From an uncultured delta proteobacterium (lineage in GTDB: Bacteria; Desulfobacterota; Desulfobaccia; Desulfobaccales; 0-14-0-80-60-11): a stretch of DNA of 64,000 bases. The notes under the pieces are model-generated. The model was not told the DNA's origin. It was given only the letters and a program-made list of their open reading frames with translations, and searched no databases. The position numbers and the translations under genes were made by a program. Shown here in pieces: positions 35,150-44,824 of the stretch. Location of the stretch: contig CAVPIX010000010.1 in NCBI GenBank assembly GCA_963705115.1, positions 331,096-395,095 of the forward strand, read 5' to 3'. Numbering within the stretch: the stretch's first letter is position 1; each line of letters begins with the position of its first letter.

Positions 35150-36994
35150 ATGAAACTGCAATCTCTCATGAATCCTGGAACGCACCGCCTCCTCATGGGC
35201 AATGAAGCCATGGCCCGGGGGCTGCTGGAACAGGGCGTCACCCTGGCGGCCTCCTATCCCGGCACGCCGGCCTCGGAGATTCTGGCCGCGGTGGCGGCCT
35301 TTGCCAAAGAAGAGGGCTTCCCCCTGCACGCGGAGTGGTCGGTGAACGAGAAGGTGGCTTACGAGACCGCGCTGGCCAACTCCATGACGGGGCGGCGCTC
35401 GGCGGTGTCCATGAAACAGGTGGGCCTGAACGTGGCCTCGGACCCCTTCATGCGCTCGGCCTATCTGGGCGTCACCGGGGGCTTGGTGGTCATCGCCGCA
35501 GACGACCCCGGACCCCACAGCTCCCAGACCGAGCAGGACAGCCGCTTTTTCGCCATGTTCGCCAAGGTGCCGGTGCTGGACCCCTCCTCGCCCCAGGAGG
35601 CCAAGGATTTGCTGGCCCAGGCCTTCGAGCTGTCGGAAAAATATGAAATCCCGGTGATGCTGCGGCCCACCACCCGGGTATGCCACGCTCGGCAAAATGT
35701 GGCGGTTAAGCCCCTGGTATCTTTGGAACGAGTCCCCCGCTTCGAGAAAAACCCCGGCCGCTGGTGCGCCACGCCCCAGTTTTTGCGGGAGTTGCACAAA
35801 CAGCTAAACGGCAAAATCGACCGCCTCTCCCGGGATCCGGCCTCTGCGCCTCTCCTCACCCCCGGAGACGGCTCTTTTCCCCGGACCTGCATCGTCGCCT
35901 CGGGGGTGGCCGCGGCCCATACCGCGGACCTTCTGGAGGAACTGGGCCTGCTGGGGAAAATTGACTTTTTTCAGGTCCTGATGCCCTATCCCCTGAACCA
36001 GGATTTTATGGAAGCCAGTCGAGCCAGGTACGACAAGGTCCTGGTGCTGGAGGAGACCTACCCGGTCATGGAGCTGCAGTTTGCCGGCGGCCCGGTCCAG
36101 GGCCGGCAGACCCAAACCGTGCCCCGGGAAGGGGAACTCACCCCCGAAGTCATTCACCCCATTCTTGAAACTTTTTTGGATCTGCCGGCATCCCCCAAGG
36201 CCAGCCCTGCCGGGGGAGGGACCAGGCCCACGTTGTGCGCCGGCTGCGGCCACCGGGCGGCCTTCTACGCCATCCGGGAGACCTTTCCGGAGGGCATCTT
36301 CCCCAGCGATATCGGCTGCTATACCCTGGGGATGAACCTGAACGCGGTGGACACCTGCCACTGCATGGGCGCGGGCATCAGCCAGGCTGCGGGTTTTTAT
36401 CGGGCCTTTTCGGCGGCGGGGGATAATTATCCCACCATCGTGGCCACCATCGGGGACTCCACCTTTTTCCATGCCGGCATCCCCGCGCTGCTGAACGCGG
36501 TTTTCCACCGGGCCCGGTTTATTTTGGTGCTCCTGGACAACGCCACCACGGCCATGACCGGCCACCAACCCACCCCCAATTTGGGGATCACCGCCATGGG
36601 CGAGGCGGGGCAGCCGGTTTATTTACTTGATCTGGTGCGGGCCTGCGGGGTTAGGTTTCTGGAGGAATGCGACTCTTACGACATCCCGGTCCTGCGCTCC
36701 CTGCTCCAGGACGCGGACCGCTATTGCCGAGGGCCCGAAGGCAATGTAGCGGTGATCATCGCCCGGCACCCCTGTCTTTTGGACCGGGAAGCGCGCCAGG
36801 CGCAGGCTGTATACAGTATGGAGGTGACCGAATTTTGCATCGCCTGCCGCCACTGCCTGGATAATTTCGAGTGCCCGGCCCTGATCTTTGATGACACCAG
36901 CGGCCGGGTGGAGATCGATGCGGCCCGCTGCGTAAGCTGCGGCGTTTGTATCCACGTCTGCCCCGAGGGGGCCATCGTGGGAAGGATAAAGTGA
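35150..36994 (+). CDS. iorA: Indolepyruvate:ferredoxin oxidoreductase, alpha subunit
   Basis: LLMGNEAMARGLLEQGVTLAASYPGTPASEI, a TPP-binding region GDSTFFHAG, and C-terminal 2x[4Fe-4S] (CIACRHC..CP, CVSCGVCIHVCP). Confidence 0.9.
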   Translation: MKLQSLMNPGTHRLLMGNEAMARGLLEQGVTLAASYPGTPASEILAAVAAFAKEEGFPLHAEWSVNEKVAYETALANSMTGRRSAVSMKQVGLNVASDPFMRSAYLGVTGGLVVIAADDPGPHSSQTEQDSRFFAMFAKVPVLDPSSPQEAKDLLAQAFELSEKYEIPVMLRPTTRVCHARQNVAVKPLVSLERVPRFEKNPGRWCATPQFLRELHKQLNGKIDRLSRDPASAPLLTPGDGSFPRTCIVASGVAAAHTADLLEELGLLGKIDFFQVLMPYPLNQDFMEASRARYDKVLVLEETYPVMELQFAGGPVQGRQTQTVPREGELTPEVIHPILETFLDLPASPKASPAGGGTRPTLCAGCGHRAAFYAIRETFPEGIFPSDIGCYTLGMNLNAVDTCHCMGAGISQAAGFYRAFSAAGDNYPTIVATIGDSTFFHAGIPALLNAVFHRARFILVLLDNATTAMTGHQPTPNLGITAMGEAGQPVYLLDLVRACGVRFLEECDSYDIPVLRSLLQDADRYCRGPEGNVAVIIARHPCLLDREARQAQAVYSMEVTEFCIACRHCLDNFECPALIFDDTSGRVEIDAARCVSCGVCIHVCPEGAIVGRIK

Positions 36995-36998
36995 TTTG

Positions 36999-37188
36999 TG
37001 GGGGAGGGGGCAAAGGGGCAGTGGCCCCTTTCCCCCTCCCCCACACCCCCTCCCCCAATCCCTTGAGGGGTGTTAAAATTTTTTGGCTTCGCCGGAGCAG
37101 ATGCCCCGGCGAAGCCAAAAACCCTAAGGGGTTGGGAGGGGGGCTTGGGGGGAGGGCAGGGAGCCGCTGCTCCCTGGCCCTCCCCCCA
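36999..37188. repeat. Family-1 composite array, large-palindrome version, inside the iorA-iorB spacer
   Basis: Three hairpins (36999-37042, about 37079-37120 and 37146-37188) with mirror-image linkers. The sister copy is at 53747-53936. Confidence 0.85.
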
Positions 37189-37204
37189 ATAAAACACATC
37201 AATC

Positions 37205-37717
37205 ATGAAACAGCAAATCATCGTCAGCGGTTTAGGCGGGCAGGGCGCGGTGACCCTGACGCGCTTATTGGCGGAGGCGGCTTTGGCCCTGGGTCTGCCG
37301 GTTCTCACTTCCGAGACCCACGGCATGGCCCAGCGGGGCGGCACGGTCATTTCCATGATTAAGGTGGGGCCGTTTCGGGGACCTTTGATCCCCGCAGGCG
37401 CCGCGGATTTAGGTTTGTTTCTCTATGACAAGAATCTCGCCGCGCACCGGCATTATCTGAAGCCGGACGGCATCCTGGTGGTCAACAGCGCCGCGCCGGG
37501 GGACTTTCTGCAGGTGGACGCCCTGGGGCTGGCAGCAGGCGAAGGTTTGCCGCCGGTGGCCGCCAATCTTATCATGTTGGGATTTGCCGCGGGAAAAAAC
37601 GGCCTGTTCTGCCAGGACGGGCTTCTGGAAGAGATTATTCGGGAGAAATCGCCGGCCCGTTTCCGGGACAGCAATGTCTTGGCCTTTCTCACCGGCAAAC
37701 ACGCGGCGGGTTCGTAA
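37205..37717 (+). CDS. iorB: Indolepyruvate:ferredoxin oxidoreductase, beta subunit
   Basis: IIVSGLGGQGAVTLTRLLAEAALALGLPVLTSETHGMAQRGGTV. Confidence 0.85.
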   Translation: MKQQIIVSGLGGQGAVTLTRLLAEAALALGLPVLTSETHGMAQRGGTVISMIKVGPFRGPLIPAGAADLGLFLYDKNLAAHRHYLKPDGILVVNSAAPGDFLQVDALGLAAGEGLPPVAANLIMLGFAAGKNGLFCQDGLLEEIIREKSPARFRDSNVLAFLTGKHAAGS

Positions 37718-37772
37718 GATCAGGGGGCGGAAGCTATTGGCCAAGGGAGTTCTTGAGCGCACCCCGTTGTTC

Positions 37773-38744
37773 ATGCTGCGGCATGTGACCGGTCTCTCCG
37801 TCATCGGCCTGGCCGTTCTGCTCCTCCTTATCCCCCTGCAGTTGGCCAACCCCTTTATCTTCAGCATCCTGAACCTCATCGGCCTGTTTATCATTGTGGT
37901 CCTGGGGCTGAATCTCTTCACCGGCTATGCCGGCCAAATATCCCTGGGGCACGCCGCGTTTTTCGGGCTGGGGGCTTACGGCTCCGCCATCCTCACGGCC
38001 ACCTGCCACTTCCCGCCCTGGCCCACCATAGTGCTGGTGGCCGGGGTCTTGGCCCTTGTGGCCCTGGTCATCGGGGTGCCCACCCTGAGATTGTCTGGCC
38101 ATTACCTGGCCATGGCCACCCTGGGGTTTAACTATGCGGTGCACATCATTTTTGTCCAATGGGATGAGGTCACCGGGGGGCCGAGCGGCTTGTCGGGCAT
38201 ACCTCCCCTTACCCTGGGCGGCATCAGCTTCAACACCGAACTCAAATCTTACTATCTGGTGTGGACCTTCGCCCTCATAGCCCTGACCCTGTGCCTCAAC
38301 CTGGTGCGTACCGGGGTGGGCCGGGGGCTGGCCGCCCTGGCCCAGGATGAAGTGGCCGCGGCCTCCCTCGGGGTGGATGTGCGCCGGGATAAAGTGCGGG
38401 TGTTCATGCTCTCGGCAGTGCTGGCCTCGGTGGCCGGCAGCCTTTACGCCCATTATTTTGGCCATGTCAACCCGGACGCGTTCAGCATTTTCAAGTCCCT
38501 GGACCTGGTCATCATGGTGGTGGTGGGGGGCCTGGGCTCTATCTGGGGGACCCTGTTCGGGGTGAGCTTCGTGGTCATCCTGCCGTACTTCCTGGAATCA
38601 TTGGAGAATTACTTCGACATCATCCACGGCCTCATCCTGGTGCTGATACTCATGTTCCTGCCCCAGGGTTTTGTGACGGGAATCTGGGACCAGGTGCGCC
38701 TCTCCTTGGCCCGCCGCCGCCTGGCCCGGGAGAAGGCCCCATAA
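37773..38744 (+). CDS. livM: Branched-chain amino acid-type ABC transporter permease (LivM-like)
   Basis: GLNLFTGYAGQISLGHAAFFGLGAYGSAIL. The listed ORF starts at 37584 inside iorB. The Met at 37773 is the first start after the iorB stop, so the exact start is uncertain. Confidence 0.8.
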   Translation: MLRHVTGLSVIGLAVLLLLIPLQLANPFIFSILNLIGLFIIVVLGLNLFTGYAGQISLGHAAFFGLGAYGSAILTATCHFPPWPTIVLVAGVLALVALVIGVPTLRLSGHYLAMATLGFNYAVHIIFVQWDEVTGGPSGLSGIPPLTLGGISFNTELKSYYLVWTFALIALTLCLNLVRTGVGRGLAALAQDEVAAASLGVDVRRDKVRVFMLSAVLASVAGSLYAHYFGHVNPDAFSIFKSLDLVIMVVVGGLGSIWGTLFGVSFVVILPYFLESLENYFDIIHGLILVLILMFLPQGFVTGIWDQVRLSLARRRLAREKAP

Positions 38745-38926
38745 TAAATAAGGAATGCTGGCGCAGGCTTTACGGAACAGTCGCTCGTGAGCCTTTGGCA
38801 CTCTCAAAATAATGAAAAAGACGGTGGGGCGGGCGTCCCTGCCCGCCATCTTTTAAGGCGGGATGTGCTGCGCTTTCCCGCCCTATAGATTAAATTTAAA
38901 CCTGAACCTTGAACTTTACGGAACAG

Positions 38927-39760
38927 ATGATGATTCCCCCTCAGCCTGACCCTCTTGCTCAAAAGGGGGAAGGGAAAGGCCAGACAGCACCCCCCCTGCT
39001 CCACATCTCGGGGTTGAGAAAAAATTTCGGCGGGGTGCCGGCCCTGCAAGAAGTAAGTTTTGACCTCGCCCCGGGGCAGTTGACCGCGCTCATCGGCCCC
39101 AACGGCGCCGGGAAAACCACCCTGCTCAACTGCCTTTCCGGGGTGCTGCCGCCGGACCAGGGGACCATTTGGTTCAAGGGCGCTGATTTGGCCGGGCTGC
39201 CGGCCCACCGGGTGGCCCGCCTGGGCATCGCCCGCACCTTCCAGAACCTGCGGCTTTTCCCCCGCTTGAGCGTCCTGGACAATGTGCTCTGCGGCCTGAC
39301 AGTGCAGGCCAAAGATTCTCTGTGGCAGGCGCTTTTGAGGCCGCCGGGCCTGCGCCATCAGGAAAGGCGTCTTAAGCTCCTGGCCCTGGAAGCCCTGGAT
39401 ATGTTCGGCCTGACCGGTAAAATGGACCTTCCTGCGGGGGTCTTGCCCTATGGCGACAAAAAACGGGTGGAACTGGCCCGGGTTTTCGTCTCCCAGCCCG
39501 TTCTGGCCTTGCTGGATGAACCGGTGGCGGGCCTCAATCCCGAGGAAACCGCCGAGATCGCCGGACTCTTGCGCCAGCTCAGGCAGAAGGGCAAAACCAT
39601 GCTCCTGGTGGAGCATGACATGGAACTGGTCATGGGGGTGGCGGATCAGGTAGTGGTCCTGGACGGCGGTAAATTGATCGCCTCCGGCTCCCCGGAGGAA
39701 ATCCGGGTCAATCCCCTGGTCCTGGAGGCCTATCTGGGCCGCATGAGTGTAACGGCCTAA
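38927..39760 (+). CDS. livG: Branched-chain amino acid-type ABC transporter ATP-binding protein (LivG-like)
   Basis: Walker A GPNGAGKTT, signature LPYGDKKRVELAR and Walker B LALLDEPVAGL. The ATG at 38927 is preferred over the TTG at 38909, which lies in a repeat. Confidence 0.85.
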   Translation: MMIPPQPDPLAQKGEGKGQTAPPLLHISGLRKNFGGVPALQEVSFDLAPGQLTALIGPNGAGKTTLLNCLSGVLPPDQGTIWFKGADLAGLPAHRVARLGIARTFQNLRLFPRLSVLDNVLCGLTVQAKDSLWQALLRPPGLRHQERRLKLLALEALDMFGLTGKMDLPAGVLPYGDKKRVELARVFVSQPVLALLDEPVAGLNPEETAEIAGLLRQLRQKGKTMLLVEHDMELVMGVADQVVVLDGGKLIASGSPEEIRVNPLVLEAYLGRMSVTA

Positions 39761-39829
39761 TTTTTCGCGCCAAGACGCCAAGGCGCTAAAACCCTGGCGG
39801 AGCCTAGTGCGCTTATTTACGAATCTTCC

Positions 39830-40633
39830 ATGAGCCCATCCCCTTTTTCCCTCTATACCTGTCCCCATTGCCGGGGTTCCCTCGCTCTCGAAAATGCCGC
39901 CCGCCTGGTTTGCCGCGCCTGCCACGGGGCCTATCCCATCGTGGACGGCATTCCCAACTTCATTATGGATGACCTGACCGTCAGCCCCCACGTGGTGTTG
40001 CGCCGGGCAAAGGTCTTTGACTGGCTGGCCCGCATTTATGACTGGAAGCCGGCCTATCCTCTGGCCGTCAGGATTTACGCCGGCTGGCGGGTGTCCCACG
40101 CCCGGGTGCTGAGATTGCTGGCTGAAATGGTGTCGGGGGTTTCCGGCCTCATCCTGGATGTGGCCTGCGGCCCCGGCACCCTGGGGCGCCGCCTGGCCAG
40201 CGGTCATCGGGAAATATATGGTGTGGATATGTCCTGGGGCATGCTCCGCCAGGGGGCTATCCTGGCAGCCAAGGAGAGAAAGTATGGAGTGCATTTTGCC
40301 CGGGCCCTGGCCGAGGCCCTGCCCTTTCCGGATGGCTGCTTTGATGCCGCGCTCGCCGGCGCGGCCCTCCATCTCCTGGCCGATCCCCTGCAGGCCCTGC
40401 GGGAAATGAGCCGCACCCTGAAGCCCGGCGCCCCCCTGGCCGCCACTACCGTTATAGCCGGAGAAACCGGTCTCTTCAAGTATGGGGCCTTCCGGGAACA
40501 TATGGAAAAGGCCCACGGCCTGCACGCTTTCACAATCCCGGAACTGGCCCGCCTTACAGCCGAGGCGGGTTTTCAGGATTTTCAGCCCCGGGTGTTCGGC
40601 TCTCTGGTGGCCTTTCGGGCGCGCCAAGGATAA
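39830..40633 (+). CDS. Class I SAM-dependent methyltransferase with N-terminal Trm112-like zinc ribbon
   Basis: CPHCRGSL..CRACHGAYPIVDGIPNF, followed by ILDVACGPGTLG and LKPGAPL. Confidence 0.8.
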   Translation: MSPSPFSLYTCPHCRGSLALENAARLVCRACHGAYPIVDGIPNFIMDDLTVSPHVVLRRAKVFDWLARIYDWKPAYPLAVRIYAGWRVSHARVLRLLAEMVSGVSGLILDVACGPGTLGRRLASGHREIYGVDMSWGMLRQGAILAAKERKYGVHFARALAEALPFPDGCFDAALAGAALHLLADPLQALREMSRTLKPGAPLAATTVIAGETGLFKYGAFREHMEKAHGLHAFTIPELARLTAEAGFQDFQPRVFGSLVAFRARQG

Positions 40634-40976
40634 GCAAGGTTTGATGTCAAAACCATGAAAGCCCAGGTGGCACAGGTGTCCTCACCTGAGCCCGGTGGGA
40701 GGCGCTTCGCTTTCCAGCCCTCCAGCCCCATACTCGAAACTCATGGGCGTTTCACGCAGCAATGTTGGCGCCTAAAAGGCACCCTGCACCATTTCTGCAA
40801 ATGATATGCAGGGTAAGCCCTGCCCACCAAAGTGGTGTGCAGGGACGCCCGCCCCACCGACCAAGGGGAAACTTTCCAAGGAGAAATGACCAATCAAAGA
40901 ATCCTTTCCCCTGCGAGCAGGTCTGTTGTATAGTCGCACAGGGTAAAAAGTTCTCATTCTCAGCACAGGAGGATAT

Positions 40977-41333
40977 ATGGCCAAATTTCTCTTTGTCCTG
41001 ACCCGAGGCCCGGAAGACCCCACCCGGGCGGTGCGTTGCTTCCAGTTTGCCAAAATTGCCGCGGACAAGGGCCACGAAGTCACGGTGTTCCTGGTGGATG
41101 ATGCGGTTTACTTCACCAACCTGTCCTTGAGCGAGCGCATCAAGGCCCCCACTGGCGACGAGCTCATGGGCTACTGGAGATTCCTGGTGGACAAGGGCGC
41201 CACCATGCTGGTGTGCAAGCCCTGCGCCGAGACGCGCCTGGTGGCCGAAGATGACCTGCCCCCGGGCCTGAAAATCGGCACCGGAGTCGCCCTCATCGAC
41301 CTAGCCGTGGAAGCGAAGGTTTTTACGTTCTGA
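40977..41333 (+). CDS. DsrE/DsrF-like sulfur-relay family protein
   Basis: MAKFLFVLTRGPEDPTRAVRCFQFAKIAADKGHEVTVFLVDDAVY...MLVCKPCAETR. 118 aa. Confidence 0.7.
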   Translation: MAKFLFVLTRGPEDPTRAVRCFQFAKIAADKGHEVTVFLVDDAVYFTNLSLSERIKAPTGDELMGYWRFLVDKGATMLVCKPCAETRLVAEDDLPPGLKIGTGVALIDLAVEAKVFTF

Positions 41334-41434
41334 TTTTGCCGGCCGGGGGTGGCCGAAAAGAAAAAGGCCAGGGTTCAGGCAGCGCTCGCTTCTCCCCCCT
41401 GGCCTGTGTGGCTGAATGGATGGACGGCTTGTGG

Positions 41435-41641
41435 TTACGCGGTGGAGGGCTCGTAATAGGCCACCCCGTCGCTCCACCAGGTCAGCCGATATCTTTCGCC
41501 TTTGAGATTGATGTGGGGGCGGACCCATAAAATCACCCGTTCCACCAGCCGGCCGTGAAATGGATGGGGCAAAACCGCTACCACCAGCTTGTCTAAATCC
41601 TTGTTTTCTGCCGACATATTGTGACCATATTCGTTAAGCAT
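41435..41641 (-). CDS. Hypothetical 68-aa protein
   Basis: ORF only; no recognisable motif. It sits between the DsrE-like gene and the divergent livF::paaK promoter region. Confidence 0.3.
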   Translation of the reverse strand: MLNEYGHNMSAENKDLDKLVVAVLPHPFHGRLVERVILWVRPHINLKGERYRLTWWSDGVAYYEPSTA

Positions 41642-41895
41642 GGCAATCCCCTTATGATGCTTCTGACCCTCTTGATGCGGGCGAAATTTATCTGAATGGC
41701 GCCTTCTTTGCTACTGCCAGGAAACCCTTCACAATTATAATATGTAAACATCTTGCCCTTGAATATCAAGCCCCCCACCTTTTTTTTTGTAACCGGGTCC
41801 TAAAAGCGCCAGACCTGCCCCCCGGAATCAGGTGGCCTGCCGGCAGCAGAGAAGCCATTGCAACCGAGCAAGAATTGGGATAATTTTTCTTATCC

Positions 41896-44031
41896 ATGAG
41901 CCCGGTTACAGACCCGACCTCTCTTTTGCGCATTGACCAGCTCCAGGTCCACTATGGCGCGGCCCAGGCCCTGTTCGGCATCGGCCTGTCAGTGGCCAAA
42001 GGGGAAACCGTGGCCCTGGTGGGGGCCAACGGCGCCGGCAAATCCAGCCTTTTAAAGGCCGTCATGGGTCTGGTGCCCGTTTCCGGCGGGGCCATTTTCC
42101 TGGACGGCCAAGAGGTGACAGGCTCAAGCCCCGCCGCCATGACCTCCCGGGGGGTGTCCCTCTGCCCCGAGGGCCGGGAAATGTTCGGCGACCTCACGGT
42201 CCGGGAAAACCTGGATCTGGGCGTCATGGCCTTAAAGGTGGACCGGGGGGAGCGGGACCGCCGCCTGGAGGAGGTCCTGGCCCGCTTCCCCCGCCTGAAG
42301 GAGCGCCTCCGCCAACCCACGGCCACACTTTCCGGGGGCGAACAGCAGATGGTGGCCATCGGCCGGGCCCTCATGGCCAAGCCCCGCCTCCTGCTGCTGG
42401 ATGAACCGAGCCTGGGGCTGGCCCCCCTCATCGCCGATGAAATTTTCGACATCATCAACCAGCTTTCCCGGGCCGGAGTAACCATCCTCCTGGTGGAGCA
42501 AAACGCCGCCCGGGCCCTGACGGCCTCAAGTTCGGCCTATCTCCTGGCCAACGGCAGGATCGTCACTTCGGGAAAAAGTGAGAAACTTCTCGTGGACGCA
42601 GACCTGCGCCGGGCTTTCTTGGGCGCGGCCACAGCCCACAATCCGGCCGCCAGCCGCCTGGGCGGCGCCGGCTTCACTAATATTCGACTGGATAAGCCCA
42701 ATATGAGCCGAAAAACCTTCATGCCCCCCTTTACAACGACAGAGGAACTGGGCGAGCACCAGCTTGCCGCCCTCAAGTGGACCCTGCGCCATGCCTACGA
42801 AGGCTCGGGGTTTTACCGGGAAAAGCTGGACGCCGCGGGAGTGCGCCCCGGGGACCTCCGGTCCCTGGCGGATTTGCCGCAACTCCCTTTTACTACCGCG
42901 GAGGACATTCGGGACAACTACCCCTTTCCCTTAAGGTCCGTACCCTTCGAGCAAATCGTCCGCATCCATTCCTCCAGCGGCACCACCGGCAAGCGCAAAA
43001 TCCTCTGTTACACCCAAAAAGACGTGGACGACTGGGCTCATTTTTTCGCCCGCTGCTATGAAATGGCCGGGGTCACCCACCTGGACCGGGTGCAGATCGC
43101 GGTGGGCTATGGCCTGTGGACGGCAGGGGTGGGTTTCCAGGCCGGGGTCGAAAAACTGGGGGCCATGGCCGTGCCGGTGGGGCCGGGGAACCTGGACCTG
43201 CAACTCGAGTTTCTCGTCGATTTGCAGTCCACCGTGTTCTGCTGCACCGCCAGCATGGGACTGCTACTGGCCGAAGAGGTTCACAAGCGGGAACTGGCGG
43301 ATAAGATCAACGTGCGCAAGATCATCTACGGTTCGGAGCGCTCCAGCGTCTCCATGCGCAAAAAGATCTCCGAGCTCTTCGGCGGGGTGGAAATCTTCGA
43401 TATTCCTGGGCTTACCGAACTCTACGGGCCGGGAACGGGCATTGAGTGCCCCCACCACGACTGCATCCACTACTGGGCCGACTACTATATCCTGGAAATT
43501 GTCGATCCGGACACCCTGAAGCCCTTGCCGGACGGGGAGTGGGGCGAAATGGTGGTCACCACCCTGGCCAAAGAAGCCGCGCCCCTCATCCGCTACCGCA
43601 CCCGGGACATTACCCGCATCATTCCGGGGCCTTGCACCTGCGGGGCGCTGCTCCCCCGCCACTCCCGCATCCGGGGGCGCACCGACGACATGTTCAAGTT
43701 CCGGGGCGTCAACATCTATCCCTCCAGCATCGACCGGCTGCTCTCCGAGGTGCCGGGCCTGGGCTCCGAGTACCAGGTGCACCTCACCCGGGACGACCGG
43801 GGCCGGGACCACATGCGCCTCAAAGTGGAAGGGGGCGAGGGCGTGGAGGCCGGCCGCCGGGACGAGTTGGGCCGGGAGGTGAGCTATGTCATCAAGCACA
43901 AACTCCTGGTCACCCCCGAAGTGGAGATTGTGGGCTATGGGGAGCTGCCCCGCTCCGAGCGCAAGAGCCAGCGCATCTTCGACAACCGCATCACCGATGA
44001 GGTGGTGGAGGGTTTGGCTGAGGGCCCCTGA
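41896..44031 (+). CDS. Fusion ORF: LivF-like ABC ATPase (N-terminal about 235 aa) + phenylacetate-CoA ligase PaaK-like adenylating enzyme (C-terminal about 440 aa)
   Basis: The N-terminal part has GANGAGKSSLL, LSGGEQQMVAIGRAL, LLLLDEPSLGL and ..DLRRAFLGA. After a 30-aa linker comes MSRKTFMPPFTTTEELGEHQLAALKWTLRHAYEGSGFYREKLDAAGV.., SSSGTTGKRK and YRTRD. No in-frame stop separates the two parts. Confidence 0.8.
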   Translation: MSPVTDPTSLLRIDQLQVHYGAAQALFGIGLSVAKGETVALVGANGAGKSSLLKAVMGLVPVSGGAIFLDGQEVTGSSPAAMTSRGVSLCPEGREMFGDLTVRENLDLGVMALKVDRGERDRRLEEVLARFPRLKERLRQPTATLSGGEQQMVAIGRALMAKPRLLLLDEPSLGLAPLIADEIFDIINQLSRAGVTILLVEQNAARALTASSSAYLLANGRIVTSGKSEKLLVDADLRRAFLGAATAHNPAASRLGGAGFTNIRLDKPNMSRKTFMPPFTTTEELGEHQLAALKWTLRHAYEGSGFYREKLDAAGVRPGDLRSLADLPQLPFTTAEDIRDNYPFPLRSVPFEQIVRIHSSSGTTGKRKILCYTQKDVDDWAHFFARCYEMAGVTHLDRVQIAVGYGLWTAGVGFQAGVEKLGAMAVPVGPGNLDLQLEFLVDLQSTVFCCTASMGLLLAEEVHKRELADKINVRKIIYGSERSSVSMRKKISELFGGVEIFDIPGLTELYGPGTGIECPHHDCIHYWADYYILEIVDPDTLKPLPDGEWGEMVVTTLAKEAAPLIRYRTRDITRIIPGPCTCGALLPRHSRIRGRTDDMFKFRGVNIYPSSIDRLLSEVPGLGSEYQVHLTRDDRGRDHMRLKVEGGEGVEAGRRDELGREVSYVIKHKLLVTPEVEIVGYGELPRSERKSQRIFDNRITDEVVEGLAEGP

Positions 44032-44057
44032 GATGGAGACAGTACTTGTACCGAGTT

Positions 44058-44288
44058 GAGGCCAACTGCGAAAGTCCATAAAACTGTAATTCTGAGGGCG
44101 CGAAGCGACCAAAGAATCTCATAACTACAACGATTGCCAGAAGTTTTTCCTTATATTCCCTCTCCACCCCGCAGGGGGAGAGGGTTAGGGTGAGGGGGGA
44201 GAGAAAACCTCTGGCAACGAGTATATTTGAAAAGACGAGATCCTTCGCTTCGCTCAGGATGACAAACATGCATTTTTACAGAGGTCTC
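44058..44288. mobile_element. MITE-like element interrupted by a second palindromic element (nested repeats)
   Basis: The outer halves are GAGGCCAACTGCG..GTAATTCTGAGGGCGCGAAGCG (44058-) and ..CTTCGCTTCGCTCAGGATGAC..CAGAGGTCTC (-44288). The inner element at about 44132-44215 has termini TTGCCAGAAGTTTTT / AAAACCTCTGGCAA and the core CCCTCTCC..GGGAGAGGG. Confidence 0.55.
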
Positions 44289-44313
44289 GACTCGGTATTA
44301 GGGGAAAAGGCAC

Positions 44314-44730
44314 CTATTTCCCAAGGCGGAAGGCGTGGGGCAAAAGCTCGCTGATGGGGACTGCCATCATCTCTTCTTCTCCCGGAAAGATGACCAGGGC
44401 CTCGGGGCCGAACTCAATGATCACCTGGCGGCAGGCCCCACAGGGGGCGAAAGGCCCCGGCCGGTCGCTCACCACGGCGATGGCCCGGATTTGCATCTCC
44501 GGCCCCTCCGCCGCCACCGCCTGGGCAATGGCCGCCCGCTCGGCGCACAGGGTAAGGCCGTAGGAGGCGTTTTCCACATTCCCGCCGCTGAACACCTGCC
44601 CCTTTGCCGTCAACACCGCCGCACCCACCTTGATGCCGGAATAGGGGGCATAGGCCCGGGCCAAAACGTCTCGGGCCGTTTCTATAAGCCTTGTCTTTTC
44701 AGGTTCTAACAGGGTCATTGGAGAAGTCAT
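44314..44730 (-). CDS. cdd: Cytidine deaminase (homotetrameric type)
   Basis: Zinc motifs LCAERAAI (C-A-E) and PCGACRQ. About 138 aa. Confidence 0.9.
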   Translation of the reverse strand: MTSPMTLLEPEKTRLIETARDVLARAYAPYSGIKVGAAVLTAKGQVFSGGNVENASYGLTLCAERAAIAQAVAAEGPEMQIRAIAVVSDRPGPFAPCGACRQVIIEFGPEALVIFPGEEEMMAVPISELLPHAFRLGK

Positions 44731-44824
44731 GAAACCTCTACATTGTAAAAGAAAACTGACTTGAAGAGTCTGGATGGACTAAGCGGGGTTTGGTTTAAAT
44801 TATTTTGGAAGAATTACCATCTTA

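Noticed and set aside
37584-37772. Upstream 63 codons of the listed livM ORF
   Set aside because: They overlap iorB in another frame and are Arg-rich and non-hydrophobic. LivM-like similarity begins after the Met at 37773, although an alternative GTG/TTG start between 37720 and 37773 cannot be excluded.
38804-40627. 607-aa ORF on the minus strand
   Set aside because: It is antisense to livG and the methyltransferase, both of which carry clear Walker/SAM motifs. It starts inside a repeat. I treat it as a high-GC open antisense frame.
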